From NCBI GenBank assembly GCA_963777505.1, contig CAVZQN010000003.1, positions 480,001 to 544,000 on the forward strand: a stretch of DNA of 64,000 bases. The letters are read 5' to 3'. This stretch comes from an uncultured bacterium (GTDB lineage Bacteria > Acidobacteriota > HRBIN11 > JAKEFK01). The notes under the pieces were generated by a model. That model was not told where the DNA came from and did no database searches. It saw only the letters and a list, made by a program, of their open reading frames with translations. Positions 48,707-57,542 of the stretch are shown piece by piece. Numbering within the stretch: the first letter of the stretch is position 1; each line of letters starts with the position of its first letter. A program made the position numbers and the translations under genes.

Positions 48707-49683
48707 TCAGAGTGACCGTAATATTCATACGCCGACATCGGCTTCCCGCTCTTGGATTTCCAATCTCTTTCGGGTTCGGTGTATTTGTTTAAAGCACGCG
48801 CCATTTCGCGAACATGAGTCGCGATTGATCCGCAGCACGAGCCAATGAAATTCACACCAAGATCTCGCGCTTCGGTTGCATAAGAGCCCATTTCTTTACG
48901 TGTTAGTTGCAATGGATCCATACCGAGCGGAAATTCAGGAAGCGAAGTGAAATCAGGCTTTCCCGGTGGAGTGCGATACGCAGCAGGTTGGCAGGCTACA
49001 TAACATTGAACCGCATCGCGCATTTCTTTAATCAACGGTAATGTGTTTTCAGGATTACGTAAACAATTAATGCCAACGATGTCAGCTCCTGCATCTTCCA
49101 AACGCTTTGCACATTCTGCTGTGCTGTATCCTTCATAACTGACTGGCTTTTCTTCGTAACACATCGTTACCATTGCAGGCAGTCCTGCTTTCTTGATCCG
49201 TTCTACCGCGAGCAATGCTTCACCGAGCCATGAATACGTTTCTCCAATTACGAAATCAATTCCAATATTCATTTGAACTTCAAGTTGCCGGTCAAATAAT
49301 TTTCGAACATGATCTGAGGAAGATGCATCTTTAGGATCGTACATCCAGGTCAAACTCAAATTGCCTGCAACGAGTACATCTTTTTCTTCGGCTACATAAC
49401 GCGCAATTTGAACTGCTGCACGATTGATGTCGTCGGTTTTGCCTTTCAGGCCGACGGTTCCAAGCTTGTCTTCACTTGCGTAAAAGGTAAGTGCTTGCAA
49501 GACTTCAGCACCCGCCCGCAGAAATTCACGATGCATCTGAATGACTGCTTCAGGATTTGTGAGGCTTACTTCAGGAGTAAACGGACCTGCTTGTACGTAA
49601 CCCCGTTTCTCTAATTCAAGTAAGTAACCACCATCGCCCAATACAGGACCTTGTGCAAGTCGATCTAAGATTCCTTTAGCCAC
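48703..49683 (-). CDS. Homocysteine S-methyltransferase, BHMT-like
   Basis: KGILDRL...GDGG...LEKRGYVQAGPFTPE, HREFLRAGA, TFYAS; Zn ligands GINC and GSCCG; GTG start after AGGAGG. Confidence 0.9.
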   Translation of the reverse strand: MAKGILDRLAQGPVLGDGGYLLELEKRGYVQAGPFTPEVSLTNPEAVIQMHREFLRAGAEVLQALTFYASEDKLGTVGLKGKTDDINRAAVQIARYVAEEKDVLVAGNLSLTWMYDPKDASSSDHVRKLFDRQLEVQMNIGIDFVIGETYSWLGEALLAVERIKKAGLPAMVTMCYEEKPVSYEGYSTAECAKRLEDAGADIVGINCLRNPENTLPLIKEMRDAVQCYVACQPAAYRTPPGKPDFTSLPEFPLGMDPLQLTRKEMGSYATEARDLGVNFIGSCCGSIATHVREMARALNKYTEPERDWKSKSGKPMSAYEYYGHSE

Positions 49684-49723
49684 ACTTCCTCCTAAAAGAT
49701 TTTTTACCGCAGAGACGCAAAGC

Positions 49724-50839
49724 TTAAACTGCTACTTCGCGATGCATCAGTTTCAAATATTCGCGATCAAATGCTGCAAGCATGCTTTCCAGATCGCAAT
49801 AAGGTCCTGGAACGTATGCGCGCGAACTAACTCCATCCTGTGAACGTTCGCACAAATCCCAATCCTGTCTGTTCGTAAGATCCCAGAATTCTACGGCACG
49901 TAACGGTTCATAATCAGGTCGATTGATCGCTTCTGGATGAAATAACCACTCACATATGATCCGTGTGCGATCCGGCGAAACAGGATCGAGACGGTGCACC
50001 AAAACATATTCAGGATGCGGACTCAGAAAAACATTCGGAAATAATGTAAAGTAAAAAACTTTCCTCTGCTTTTCATCTGACAGATTTGGGATCGGCATTG
50101 CACACAAGCGACCATCAATCGTCATGCTTTCACCGCCTGAAACATTCATCGGGCCTCCAAGGAAAGGGCCTTCTTCAAGATGGATCGCAGTATCGCGATA
50201 CGAAGTAAGACGAGCCAACAATGGATGAACGGTTGGGCAGTGATAACATTCAGAATAATTTTGGAAAAGAATTTTCCAATTCGCTTTTACTTCATAAATT
50301 TCAGTATGCGCAACAGCTAGATCAGCAATATTCCATTCCGAAAAACGGTCGAGTACAGGCGCAAATTCTGATTCAAATGGTTCCGGGTCTTCCGAAAAAT
50401 TCAAAAATACGTAACCTTCCCAAACATGACAATGAACTTTGTGAAGTGGATATTTGGAGCGATCAAATGAAACGGCGGTGCTCATGTTGGGAGCGCCAAT
50501 CAATTTACCATCCAGCGCATATGTCCAGGCGTGATAAGGACACTGAATTTTTCCATCGAATTCACCAGCCGGATCGGTACAGATACGCGTGCCGCGATGC
50601 CTGCAAATATTATAAAAAGCTCGAACGATATGGTCTTCAGCCAGGGTGACGATTACATTTTCCTTGCCAATCGTGAAGATAAAATAACTACCAGGCTTCG
50701 TTAGCTTTGCCGCGTTTCCTGCACAAATCCAACGATTCATGAAAATCCGTTCTAATTCTTCATGGAAAATGGTTTCGGAAGTGTAATATTCGCCGGGCAG
50801 AGTTGTAGCGCCGCCAGCAGATCGTTTTGAATTTTTCAT
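49724..50839 (-). CDS. Rieske non-heme iron oxygenase alpha subunit (glycine betaine demethylase GbcA/choline monooxygenase-like)
   Basis: NICRHRG...CPYHAW Rieske motif; ANWK..QNYSECYHCPTVHP; FWDLTNRQD..LCE..Q.G..S..Y.PGP. Confidence 0.9.
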   Translation of the reverse strand: MKNSKRSAGGATTLPGEYYTSETIFHEELERIFMNRWICAGNAAKLTKPGSYFIFTIGKENVIVTLAEDHIVRAFYNICRHRGTRICTDPAGEFDGKIQCPYHAWTYALDGKLIGAPNMSTAVSFDRSKYPLHKVHCHVWEGYVFLNFSEDPEPFESEFAPVLDRFSEWNIADLAVAHTEIYEVKANWKILFQNYSECYHCPTVHPLLARLTSYRDTAIHLEEGPFLGGPMNVSGGESMTIDGRLCAMPIPNLSDEKQRKVFYFTLFPNVFLSPHPEYVLVHRLDPVSPDRTRIICEWLFHPEAINRPDYEPLRAVEFWDLTNRQDWDLCERSQDGVSSRAYVPGPYCDLESMLAAFDREYLKLMHREVAV

Positions 50840-50855
50840 TCTAGCCCCGAGTCAA

Positions 50856-50884
50856 AACATATCAATTACTTGGTGTGCTGTCAA
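50856..50884 (-). promoter_or_regulatory. Sigma70 promoter of the Rieske-BHMT-oxidase operon
   Basis: TTGACA-17 bp-TATGTT with TG extension on minus strand. Confidence 0.65.
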
Positions 50885-50915
50885 TATTTTGAAACAAGGT
50901 TTCACAATGTGAAAC
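50879..50915. promoter_or_regulatory. Putative IclR tandem operator 1
   Basis: Weak site TGTCAATATTTTGAAAC plus palindrome GTTTCAC-AAT-GTGAAAC (50899-50915). Confidence 0.75.
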
Positions 50916-51016
50916 GTGTTTCTCTGCGCATTTGTGGTAGAAAAACGTAGTTGCCAATTGAAAACACCGGCACTATTTTGACGAAGGGTCTGAAAAACAA
51001 AAACAGGAGAAGGAAC

Positions 51017-51919
51017 ATGCAAAAAATTAAACCGCATTTATGGTATGACAAAGAAGCTAAAGAAGCGGCTGAGTTTTATACGTCATTTTTTCCGAATTCA
51101 AAAATAACGAATGTAACAACTTTGCACAACACGCCATCTGGCGATTGCGATGTTGTTTCATTTGAATTATGTGGACAAGAATTTATGTCTATCAGTGCAG
51201 GTCCGTTATTCAAGTTCAATCCATCTGTTTCATTTCATGTGAAATGCAGTACCAAAGATCAAGTCGATGCGTTGTGGAAAAAACTGTCCGTTGATGGAGC
51301 CGTTCTTATGGAGCTTGATCAATATCCATTCAGCGAAAGATATGGATGGCTTCAAGATAAGTATGGAGTTTCATGGCAACTGATGTATGTCGGCGATTCC
51401 GAAATAACGCAACAAATAGCTCCTTTCCTTATGTTTGTTGGTGATAACTGTGGGAAAGCTGGAGAGGCAATAAATTTCTATACATCAGTTTTCTCTTCAA
51501 GAGGAAGTGAAGGCTCATCAAAAGTTCACTCTGTTCAACAATACGAAAAAAACGAAAGTCCTGACAAAGAAGGCACAGTTAAATATGCTCAGTTCACGCT
51601 GCTTGGGCAGGACTTTGGAGCAATGGACAGCGCTCACGCACATAACTTTAAATTCAATGAAGCGATTTCGCTCATGGTGCATTGCGACACACAAGAAGAA
51701 ATCGATTACTACTGGAACAAACTTTCAGCAGATCCAAAATCAGAGCAATGCGGCTGGCTAAAAGATAAGTTCGGATTCTCCTGGCAGATTGTACCTAGAA
51801 TCATGGAGGAAATGTTGAAAGAAGGTACACAGGAACAGATCGATCGATTGACCAAAGCATTTCTCAAGATGAAAAAATTCGATATAGCTGAACTTAAACA
51901 GGCATATGTAGGCAATTGA
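51017..51919 (+). CDS. VOC family protein with tandem PhnB/3-demethylubiquinone-9 3-methyltransferase-like domains
   Basis: Two repeats ending [13 protein letters not shown] and [16 protein letters not shown]; start at MQKIKPHLW after GGAG. Confidence 0.9.
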   Translation: MQKIKPHLWYDKEAKEAAEFYTSFFPNSKITNVTTLHNTPSGDCDVVSFELCGQEFMSISAGPLFKFNPSVSFHVKCSTKDQVDALWKKLSVDGAVLMELDQYPFSERYGWLQDKYGVSWQLMYVGDSEITQQIAPFLMFVGDNCGKAGEAINFYTSVFSSRGSEGSSKVHSVQQYEKNESPDKEGTVKYAQFTLLGQDFGAMDSAHAHNFKFNEAISLMVHCDTQEEIDYYWNKLSADPKSEQCGWLKDKFGFSWQIVPRIMEEMLKEGTQEQIDRLTKAFLKMKKFDIAELKQAYVGN

Positions 51920-51942
51920 TCTGATTTGAGCAGTCCGGCCGC

Positions 51943-51971
51943 TTGAAAACGCATCAATTCCTTGGTATGCT
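51943..51971 (+). promoter_or_regulatory. Sigma70 promoter of iclR-purU
   Basis: TTGAAA-17 bp-TATGCT with TG extension. Confidence 0.6.
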
Positions 51972-52008
51972 TTCAAATATTTTGAAACGAAGTTTCATAA
52001 TATGAAAC
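51972..52008. promoter_or_regulatory. Putative IclR tandem operator 2 (overlaps iclR start codon)
   Basis: TTCAAATATTTTGAAAC plus palindrome GTTTCAT-AAT-ATGAAAC (51992-52008). Confidence 0.78.
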
Positions 52009-52817
52009 AAACAAGGTCCCGCATTCGCCGAGGAAAAGCGTATCCCGGAACGCAAGCTGTAATTCGCGCGCTTACATTATTAAAGCTTTTTACAGATGCG
52101 CAACCGGAATGGGCATTGAAAGATCTTGTTAAACGAACGAAGCTGAATAAATCCACATTATTCAGATTACTTACTGCGCTTGAGAGTGAAGGCTTAATCT
52201 CGCGCGATCCGATTTCTGAAACGTACAGGCTGGGACCAGAAGTCATCGCTCTTGGCGGCCGCGCTCTTCGCTCCAATCCGCTTCAAATTATCAGCCGTGA
52301 TGAACTGAAATTGCTTGCTGAAAAAACACGCGAAACTGCATCATTGGAAGTCTTATCCGGACGCGATGTAGTCATTCTCGAAGAAGTCGTAGGAGATCGC
52401 GTACTCAGCGGCATTGCATCAATTGGAACACGATGGCCTGCCTTTGCAACTTCAACAGGACTTGCAATCCTGTCAAGACTTCCGGATGCGGAAGTCACTG
52501 AAATTCTGAAACCACCACTAACACAAATCACTTCAAAGACAATTATTTCGATTGAACAACTTCGTAGAGAATTACTCAACATTAAACAGCGCGGTTTTTC
52601 CATCGCAGATGAAGTGCTTGAGTTGGGATATGTGGCAATTGGTGCTTCCATTGTGAACCATGATGGCGATGTTGCAGGTGCCATCAGCATCGGTGGACCT
52701 AAAGTTCGACTGACACCCGACAGAATTAATGAATTCGGCAATATCGTTCGCAATACTGCTGCACGCATTTCTGCAAAGCTTGGCCACCGCTTGAACAAGG
52801 AGACAACCCCCGCATGA
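52002..52817 (+). CDS. IclR family transcriptional regulator
   Basis: RALTLL...KSTLFRLL.AL..EG...YRLG HTH; G.R.PAFATSTG; RGFS...E; AISI.GP..R. Confidence 0.95.
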   Translation: MKQTRSRIRRGKAYPGTQAVIRALTLLKLFTDAQPEWALKDLVKRTKLNKSTLFRLLTALESEGLISRDPISETYRLGPEVIALGGRALRSNPLQIISRDELKLLAEKTRETASLEVLSGRDVVILEEVVGDRVLSGIASIGTRWPAFATSTGLAILSRLPDAEVTEILKPPLTQITSKTIISIEQLRRELLNIKQRGFSIADEVLELGYVAIGASIVNHDGDVAGAISIGGPKVRLTPDRINEFGNIVRNTAARISAKLGHRLNKETTPA

Positions 52818-53680
52818 AACTTCAATCAATCGTATTTTTGATTGATTGTCCCGACCAAAAAGGACTCGTCGCGCGCATCAGCAATTTCTTTTATCAACGC
52901 GGCTTTAACATTCTTCACTGCCAGCAGCATTCAAATGTAAAGGAAAATCACTACTTCATGCGGATCAAACTGGATATGGCTGGTTTAACGACATCGCGAA
53001 AAGCATTGGAAGAAGAATTTGCGCAATTAGCTGAACCATTGAACATGCGATGGACCGTACATTATGCCGATTTAATGTACCGGGTCGCAATCCTTGTGAC
53101 ACGCACATCTCATTGTCTTTATGACTTGCTGCTTCGTAAAGAGGAAGGCGAAATTCAATGTGAGATTCCGGTCATCATTAGCAATCATCCCGATCTTGAG
53201 CATGTCGCCAATCAGTTTCGAATTCCGTACCACTGTGTGCCCGTTACTAAAGAAACAAAGGCCCAGCAGGAAACCGAAATTTTGCGGCTACTTAAGCATT
53301 ACCATATTGATCTTGTTGTGCTTGCGCGTTATATGCAGATCCTATCAAACAATTTTGTAAATGATTGGCGTGGACGCATCATTAATATTCATCATGCATT
53401 TTTACCTTCCTTTCTTGGTGCGAATCCATATCAGCAAGCTTTTGATCGCGGTGTCAAAATGATTGGAGCAACAGCTCACTATGCAACACCTGAGTTGGAT
53501 GAAGGCCCGATTATCGAACAGGATGTTGTTCGCGTGACTCACGATGAATCCGTGGAAGACTTAACTCGCATCGGCCGGGATGTCGAACGCATCGTGCTCG
53601 CCCGCGCTGTAAAAGCTCACCTCGAACACCGCACAATCCTGGCCGGCCGGCGCGTGATTGTGTTCGGCCCAGGTGTTTAA
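52814..53680 (+). CDS. purU: Formyltetrahydrofolate deformylase
   Basis: CPDQKGLVA (ACT), HCLYDLL, LARYMQIL, INIHHAFLP, LDEGPIIEQDV. Confidence 0.97.
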   Translation: MKLQSIVFLIDCPDQKGLVARISNFFYQRGFNILHCQQHSNVKENHYFMRIKLDMAGLTTSRKALEEEFAQLAEPLNMRWTVHYADLMYRVAILVTRTSHCLYDLLLRKEEGEIQCEIPVIISNHPDLEHVANQFRIPYHCVPVTKETKAQQETEILRLLKHYHIDLVVLARYMQILSNNFVNDWRGRIINIHHAFLPSFLGANPYQQAFDRGVKMIGATAHYATPELDEGPIIEQDVVRVTHDESVEDLTRIGRDVERIVLARAVKAHLEHRTILAGRRVIVFGPGV

Positions 53681-53716
53681 CCGCAAAGCCGCAAAGAAGT
53701 CGTATACTTATCGGGT

Positions 53717-54367
53717 ATGAAATGGTTCGCTATATATATGATGCTGTTACTCTCACCGGCCATGGTATTTGCCGATGCCAGGTTAGATCAGCTGATGCAG
53801 AAATTGCAAAAGAAGTACGATACACTGGAAGGGTTTAAAGCAAATTTTACTCAAAGTTATCAATCGCAGAGGTTTTCAGAAGGCCTTTCGGAGTCCGGGA
53901 TCGTCTATCTTAAGAAAGGCGGTTTGATGAAATGGCAGTATATGAAGCCTGAACAGAAAATGTTTGTCAGTGACAGGATGTTTTATTATTACTATGTTCC
54001 TGAAGATAAACAGGTTATTAAGACTCCTGTTTCGCCAGACGGAAACGAACGGTCTCCAACTTTATTTCTCGCAGGACGGGGCAATTTTCTTCAGGATTTT
54101 AAGGCAGAATGGTCTGATTCTCGACCAGGCTCTCATTTAGTTAAGTTGACACCCTTGAAGGCTCAATCCGACTTTAAATCCTTAATTGTGGATGTCGACC
54201 CCATCTCAGGTTTGATTTTACGGCTTCTTGTCGTCGATGAATTCGACAATCGGACTGAGTATAAATTTACAGAAATTCAAGAAAATCCAAGCTTACCATC
54301 CAACTTTTTCACCTTTCAACCCCCGCCAGGAACCGATGTGATTTACCAGAGGAGTGAGGCTGAATAG
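53717..54367 (+). CDS. lolA: Outer membrane lipoprotein carrier protein LolA
   Basis: Signal peptide; ANFTQ, SG.VY.KK.G.MKWQY..P, F.F.PP.G.DV. Confidence 0.88.
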   Translation: MKWFAIYMMLLLSPAMVFADARLDQLMQKLQKKYDTLEGFKANFTQSYQSQRFSEGLSESGIVYLKKGGLMKWQYMKPEQKMFVSDRMFYYYYVPEDKQVIKTPVSPDGNERSPTLFLAGRGNFLQDFKAEWSDSRPGSHLVKLTPLKAQSDFKSLIVDVDPISGLILRLLVVDEFDNRTEYKFTEIQENPSLPSNFFTFQPPPGTDVIYQRSEAE

Positions 54368-54379
54368 CCAATAATTACA

Positions 54380-54964
54380 TTGATGCCTAGACAAAACCTC
54401 CTTTTCTTACGTAGTAAAGAAGAGGCAATCCTTCTGGATGAGCAAAAGCTAATCCAGAGATGTCTGGAGGGAGAACGTCAGGCTTTTGAAAAGATTGTTG
54501 AGAAATACCGTGATCCTTTGTACTGGACGGCTTTCAATTTGGTACTAGATTCTGAGGATGCACGAGACGTGACGCAGCAAGCGTTTTTGAAAATTTGGAG
54601 ATCGTTACCGGAATATGATCCAAACCGTACTTTTTCCGGCTGGGCACACCGAATAACGGCTAATTGTGCAATCGATCTTTTGCGATCCCGTCGTGAATCG
54701 GAACCGCTCTTGGAAGATGTACCCGCGGAACGCTCAACACTTGATCAAAGGATCGATGTACGAAAGATTTTTTCGCGTGTAGCACCGTTACTGCCGCAGC
54801 GACAAAGAATAGTTTTGGTTCTCAGAGAGATTCACGGCATGGAAATCGCGGAAATTTCGGAGCTATTGCAGTGCACGGAATCGACGGTTCGTAATCTCCT
54901 GTCTCAGGCAAAGGATTCCTTTAGAAAACGAACGAAGGAACTTTTTCCTGGTTATGGACTGTAA
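54380..54964 (+). CDS. ECF sigma-70 factor
   Basis: DARDVTQQAFLKIW, FSGWAHRITANCAID, region 4 EISELL...ESTVR..L. Confidence 0.93.
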   Translation: MMPRQNLLFLRSKEEAILLDEQKLIQRCLEGERQAFEKIVEKYRDPLYWTAFNLVLDSEDARDVTQQAFLKIWRSLPEYDPNRTFSGWAHRITANCAIDLLRSRRESEPLLEDVPAERSTLDQRIDVRKIFSRVAPLLPQRQRIVLVLREIHGMEIAEISELLQCTESTVRNLLSQAKDSFRKRTKELFPGYGL

Positions 54965-55454
54965 ACAAATTCCAAAGGCTGAACGGTGGGATGATGCTTC
55001 CGTTCAACAACTGGAACAATATCGGAATCATATTAAGTTTTGCCTGGCGTGCCGCCGGCGAGTTACTAATGAATCGCCCGCCAATTTGTTACATGAATTA
55101 AAAGGCGGCGCGATGCCGGAAGAGTTTTGGATCGGTTTTTGGGATTCGCTGGAGAATAAATTAACTCCAGCACAAGAGAAAAGGTATCATCTGCCCCTCT
55201 TGCCGGTGGTGCGTTGGGCTGCAGCATTGATTGTAGCGCTTTTATTAGCGCTGTATGAAAACAAGTTACCTGAGTCCCCCTCCTATGAAATCACAAGGGG
55301 TGGACCCCAAGTCCGCCCCTTTGATTCTCTCGCAGAAATTTCTGCTTACCCTCTTATCGAAGAAGTGCAAGAGCCAGGATCTACATACGCAATTTTTGAA
55401 GCTGCCGGAAATCAGAAGATTGTGATGATCTTCAATCCGGACATTGAGCTATGA
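54954..55454 (+). CDS. Putative zinc-binding anti-sigma factor
   Basis: HIKFCLAC (HxxxCxxC), single TM, overlaps ECF stop. Confidence 0.7.
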   Translation: MDCKQIPKAERWDDASVQQLEQYRNHIKFCLACRRRVTNESPANLLHELKGGAMPEEFWIGFWDSLENKLTPAQEKRYHLPLLPVVRWAAALIVALLLALYENKLPESPSYEITRGGPQVRPFDSLAEISAYPLIEEVQEPGSTYAIFEAAGNQKIVMIFNPDIEL

Positions 55455-56257
55455 ACCTTTCGGTTTCTTATGAGGTCCGCGAAGGTGCAGATGCGCTGAG
55501 GAGCGGATGTGAAAAGCAGGGGAGCAGGGGAGAAAGGGAGCAGGGGAGAAAAGTTGGTACACAAAAATCTTTTCAACATCACAGTCTTGTTTTCTTTTCT
55601 GCAATTTTTCTTTCCACATTCACATTCTGTCTTTACGCGCAGGACACACTTCTCACAAAAGCTTTTTCCATCAAATTCAAGAAGGTGGATGAAGTGGCTT
55701 CAGTAATTAATGGTCTCCTTAGCGAAAAAGGCGCTCTTACCTTACAGCCACGACTTCAAACGATTGTCGTTCAAGACTATGAAAAAAATCTAAGACAAGT
55801 CGAGATGGCAATTGCTGCTTTCGACGTTCCGCCGCCTGCAGCTGAAGTCTCCGTAAAACTAGTACGTGCTTCCAAAAATGCAGAACCGTCTCCAATTTCA
55901 GATGAGATCAAAAATATGGCCAGAGTAGGAGACGTTTTGAAATTCAATCAATATTCACTTTTAGATAGTGGAATTGTTGAATGCGAAGAAGGTCAGAATT
56001 CAGTTTTATCACTGGCGCAAGAATATCAAATTAGCTTTGTTCCCGATATTATTCAAGAAGGAAATAACATCATACGACTCAAAAATTTTCAATTGAAGAA
56101 AAAGAAAAAAGATGGCAACGGAAAGGATAGCTTTCTTCCATTACTTACTGTAACTGTGAACTTAAAAAACGCGGAAACACTTGTACTTGGCGCAAGCCGG
56201 TTTGAGGAAAGTGATCAGGCTTTGCTCATTATGCTTTTAGGAAAAGTAAAAAAATGA
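55451..56257 (+). CDS. Secretin N-domain (NolW-like) exported protein; N-terminus contains octamer repeat, start uncertain
   Basis: FSIKFKKVDEVASVI..LLS..G.L......TIVVQD...L......FDVPP resembles the secretin N3 repeat. Confidence 0.65.
   Translation: MNLSVSYEVREGADALRSGCEKQGSRGEREQGRKVGTQKSFQHHSLVFFSAIFLSTFTFCLYAQDTLLTKAFSIKFKKVDEVASVINGLLSEKGALTLQPRLQTIVVQDYEKNLRQVEMAIAAFDVPPPAAEVSVKLVRASKNAEPSPISDEIKNMARVGDVLKFNQYSLLDSGIVECEEGQNSVLSLAQEYQISFVPDIIQEGNNIIRLKNFQLKKKKKDGNGKDSFLPLLTVTVNLKNAETLVLGASRFEESDQALLIMLLGKVKK
55515..55551 (+). repeat. GCAGGGGA octamer tandem repeat within the 5' end of an ORF
   Basis: AGCAGGGGAGCAGGGGAGAAAGGGAGCAGGGGAGAAA. Confidence 0.65.
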
Positions 56258-56281
56258 CTTTGAGTCTTTGTGGTAAATCTC

Positions 56282-57505
56282 ATGGCTGAATTTGTTTGTA
56301 AATACGGAACCGCAGGCGGCGAGATTCTCGAGAAAGTATATGTAGCTGAATCTGAGAAGAATCTTCGCCATCAGATGGAGCAGCAAGGATTCTACGTTTT
56401 TGCTATTCAACGCAAACTCGAAGCAGCCACGCTTTTGAAGTCCGCATTCAATTTTAAACGGCGAAAAGTCTCTGCAAAACAATTCGTTGTATTCAATCAG
56501 GAACTTGCAGCATTGATCCATTCCGGATTACCACTGCTCCGTTCTCTTGAATTGCTAATGGAACGCGTTGGCAATCCAGAATTCGGAGTCATCCTCGAAG
56601 ATGTTTACAAACAGGTAAAATCAGGAACTTCACTCTCTGAATCTTTCTCAAAATATCCTGATATTTTCCCGCGTGTTTATACTGCAAGCATTCTGGCAGG
56701 CGAAAAAAGCGGAACCCTGGAACAAGTAATTCGCAGGTTTCTTGGCTACATGAAAATCAGCATAGCCATCCGTACCAAAGTTGTTTCAAGCATGATCTAT
56801 CCTGCATTACTTCTTCTTCTTTCCTTTGCGGTGGTTGGCGTTTTGATCGGATATGTGATTCCAAAATTTACGGAATTTTATTCAGGATTTGCTGGAGACT
56901 TACCTCTTGTTACCAAGATTCTAATCGCTGTCTCATCATTTTTTCGCACCCATTTCCTGTGGATTCTCATCGGCATCATTCTTTTCATCGTGTTCTTTAA
57001 GCTTTATGTAAAAACATCAAATACTGCACGCGTCGCCGTCGACCGTATAAAACTAAAGATTCCTTATATAGGAACGCTCTGGACGAAATTTTCAGTTTCG
57101 CAGCTGATGCGAACACTGCATACTTTACTCGCTGGCGGAATTCCACTCGTAAGTGCGATTGATGTAGCTGCCAGTGCTGTTGGTAACAGACTCATATCAA
57201 ACCGGCTAAGCAACGTAAGCCAGGGAGTTAAAGAAGGTGACCCATTGTGGTCCTCTCTTCAACAAACAGGTTTGATGACGCATATGGCAATCGAAATGGT
57301 TAAAGTGGGTGAGGAGACAGGATCACTGGAAGAAATGTTAAAAAATATTTCTGATTTTTACGATGAAGAAATTGAAACGAACTTGAACAATGTTCTAGCA
57401 ATTATCGAACCCGTGATGTTAATCGTGATGGGATTGGTAATCGCTGTAATTTTGCTGTCTATGTACTATCCATTGTTCAGCGCGATTACAACGATACGGG
57501 ATTAG
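56282..57505 (+). CDS. pilC: T2SS/T4P inner membrane platform protein (GspF/PilC)
   Basis: FNQELAALIHSGLPL, AGEKSG.L, YP, GEETGSL, IEP. Confidence 0.92.
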   Translation: MAEFVCKYGTAGGEILEKVYVAESEKNLRHQMEQQGFYVFAIQRKLEAATLLKSAFNFKRRKVSAKQFVVFNQELAALIHSGLPLLRSLELLMERVGNPEFGVILEDVYKQVKSGTSLSESFSKYPDIFPRVYTASILAGEKSGTLEQVIRRFLGYMKISIAIRTKVVSSMIYPALLLLLSFAVVGVLIGYVIPKFTEFYSGFAGDLPLVTKILIAVSSFFRTHFLWILIGIILFIVFFKLYVKTSNTARVAVDRIKLKIPYIGTLWTKFSVSQLMRTLHTLLAGGIPLVSAIDVAASAVGNRLISNRLSNVSQGVKEGDPLWSSLQQTGLMTHMAIEMVKVGEETGSLEEMLKNISDFYDEEIETNLNNVLAIIEPVMLIVMGLVIAVILLSMYYPLFSAITTIRD

Positions 57506-57542
57506 GGATGGAGCTTTACCGCAGAGACACAGAGGTATAGAT

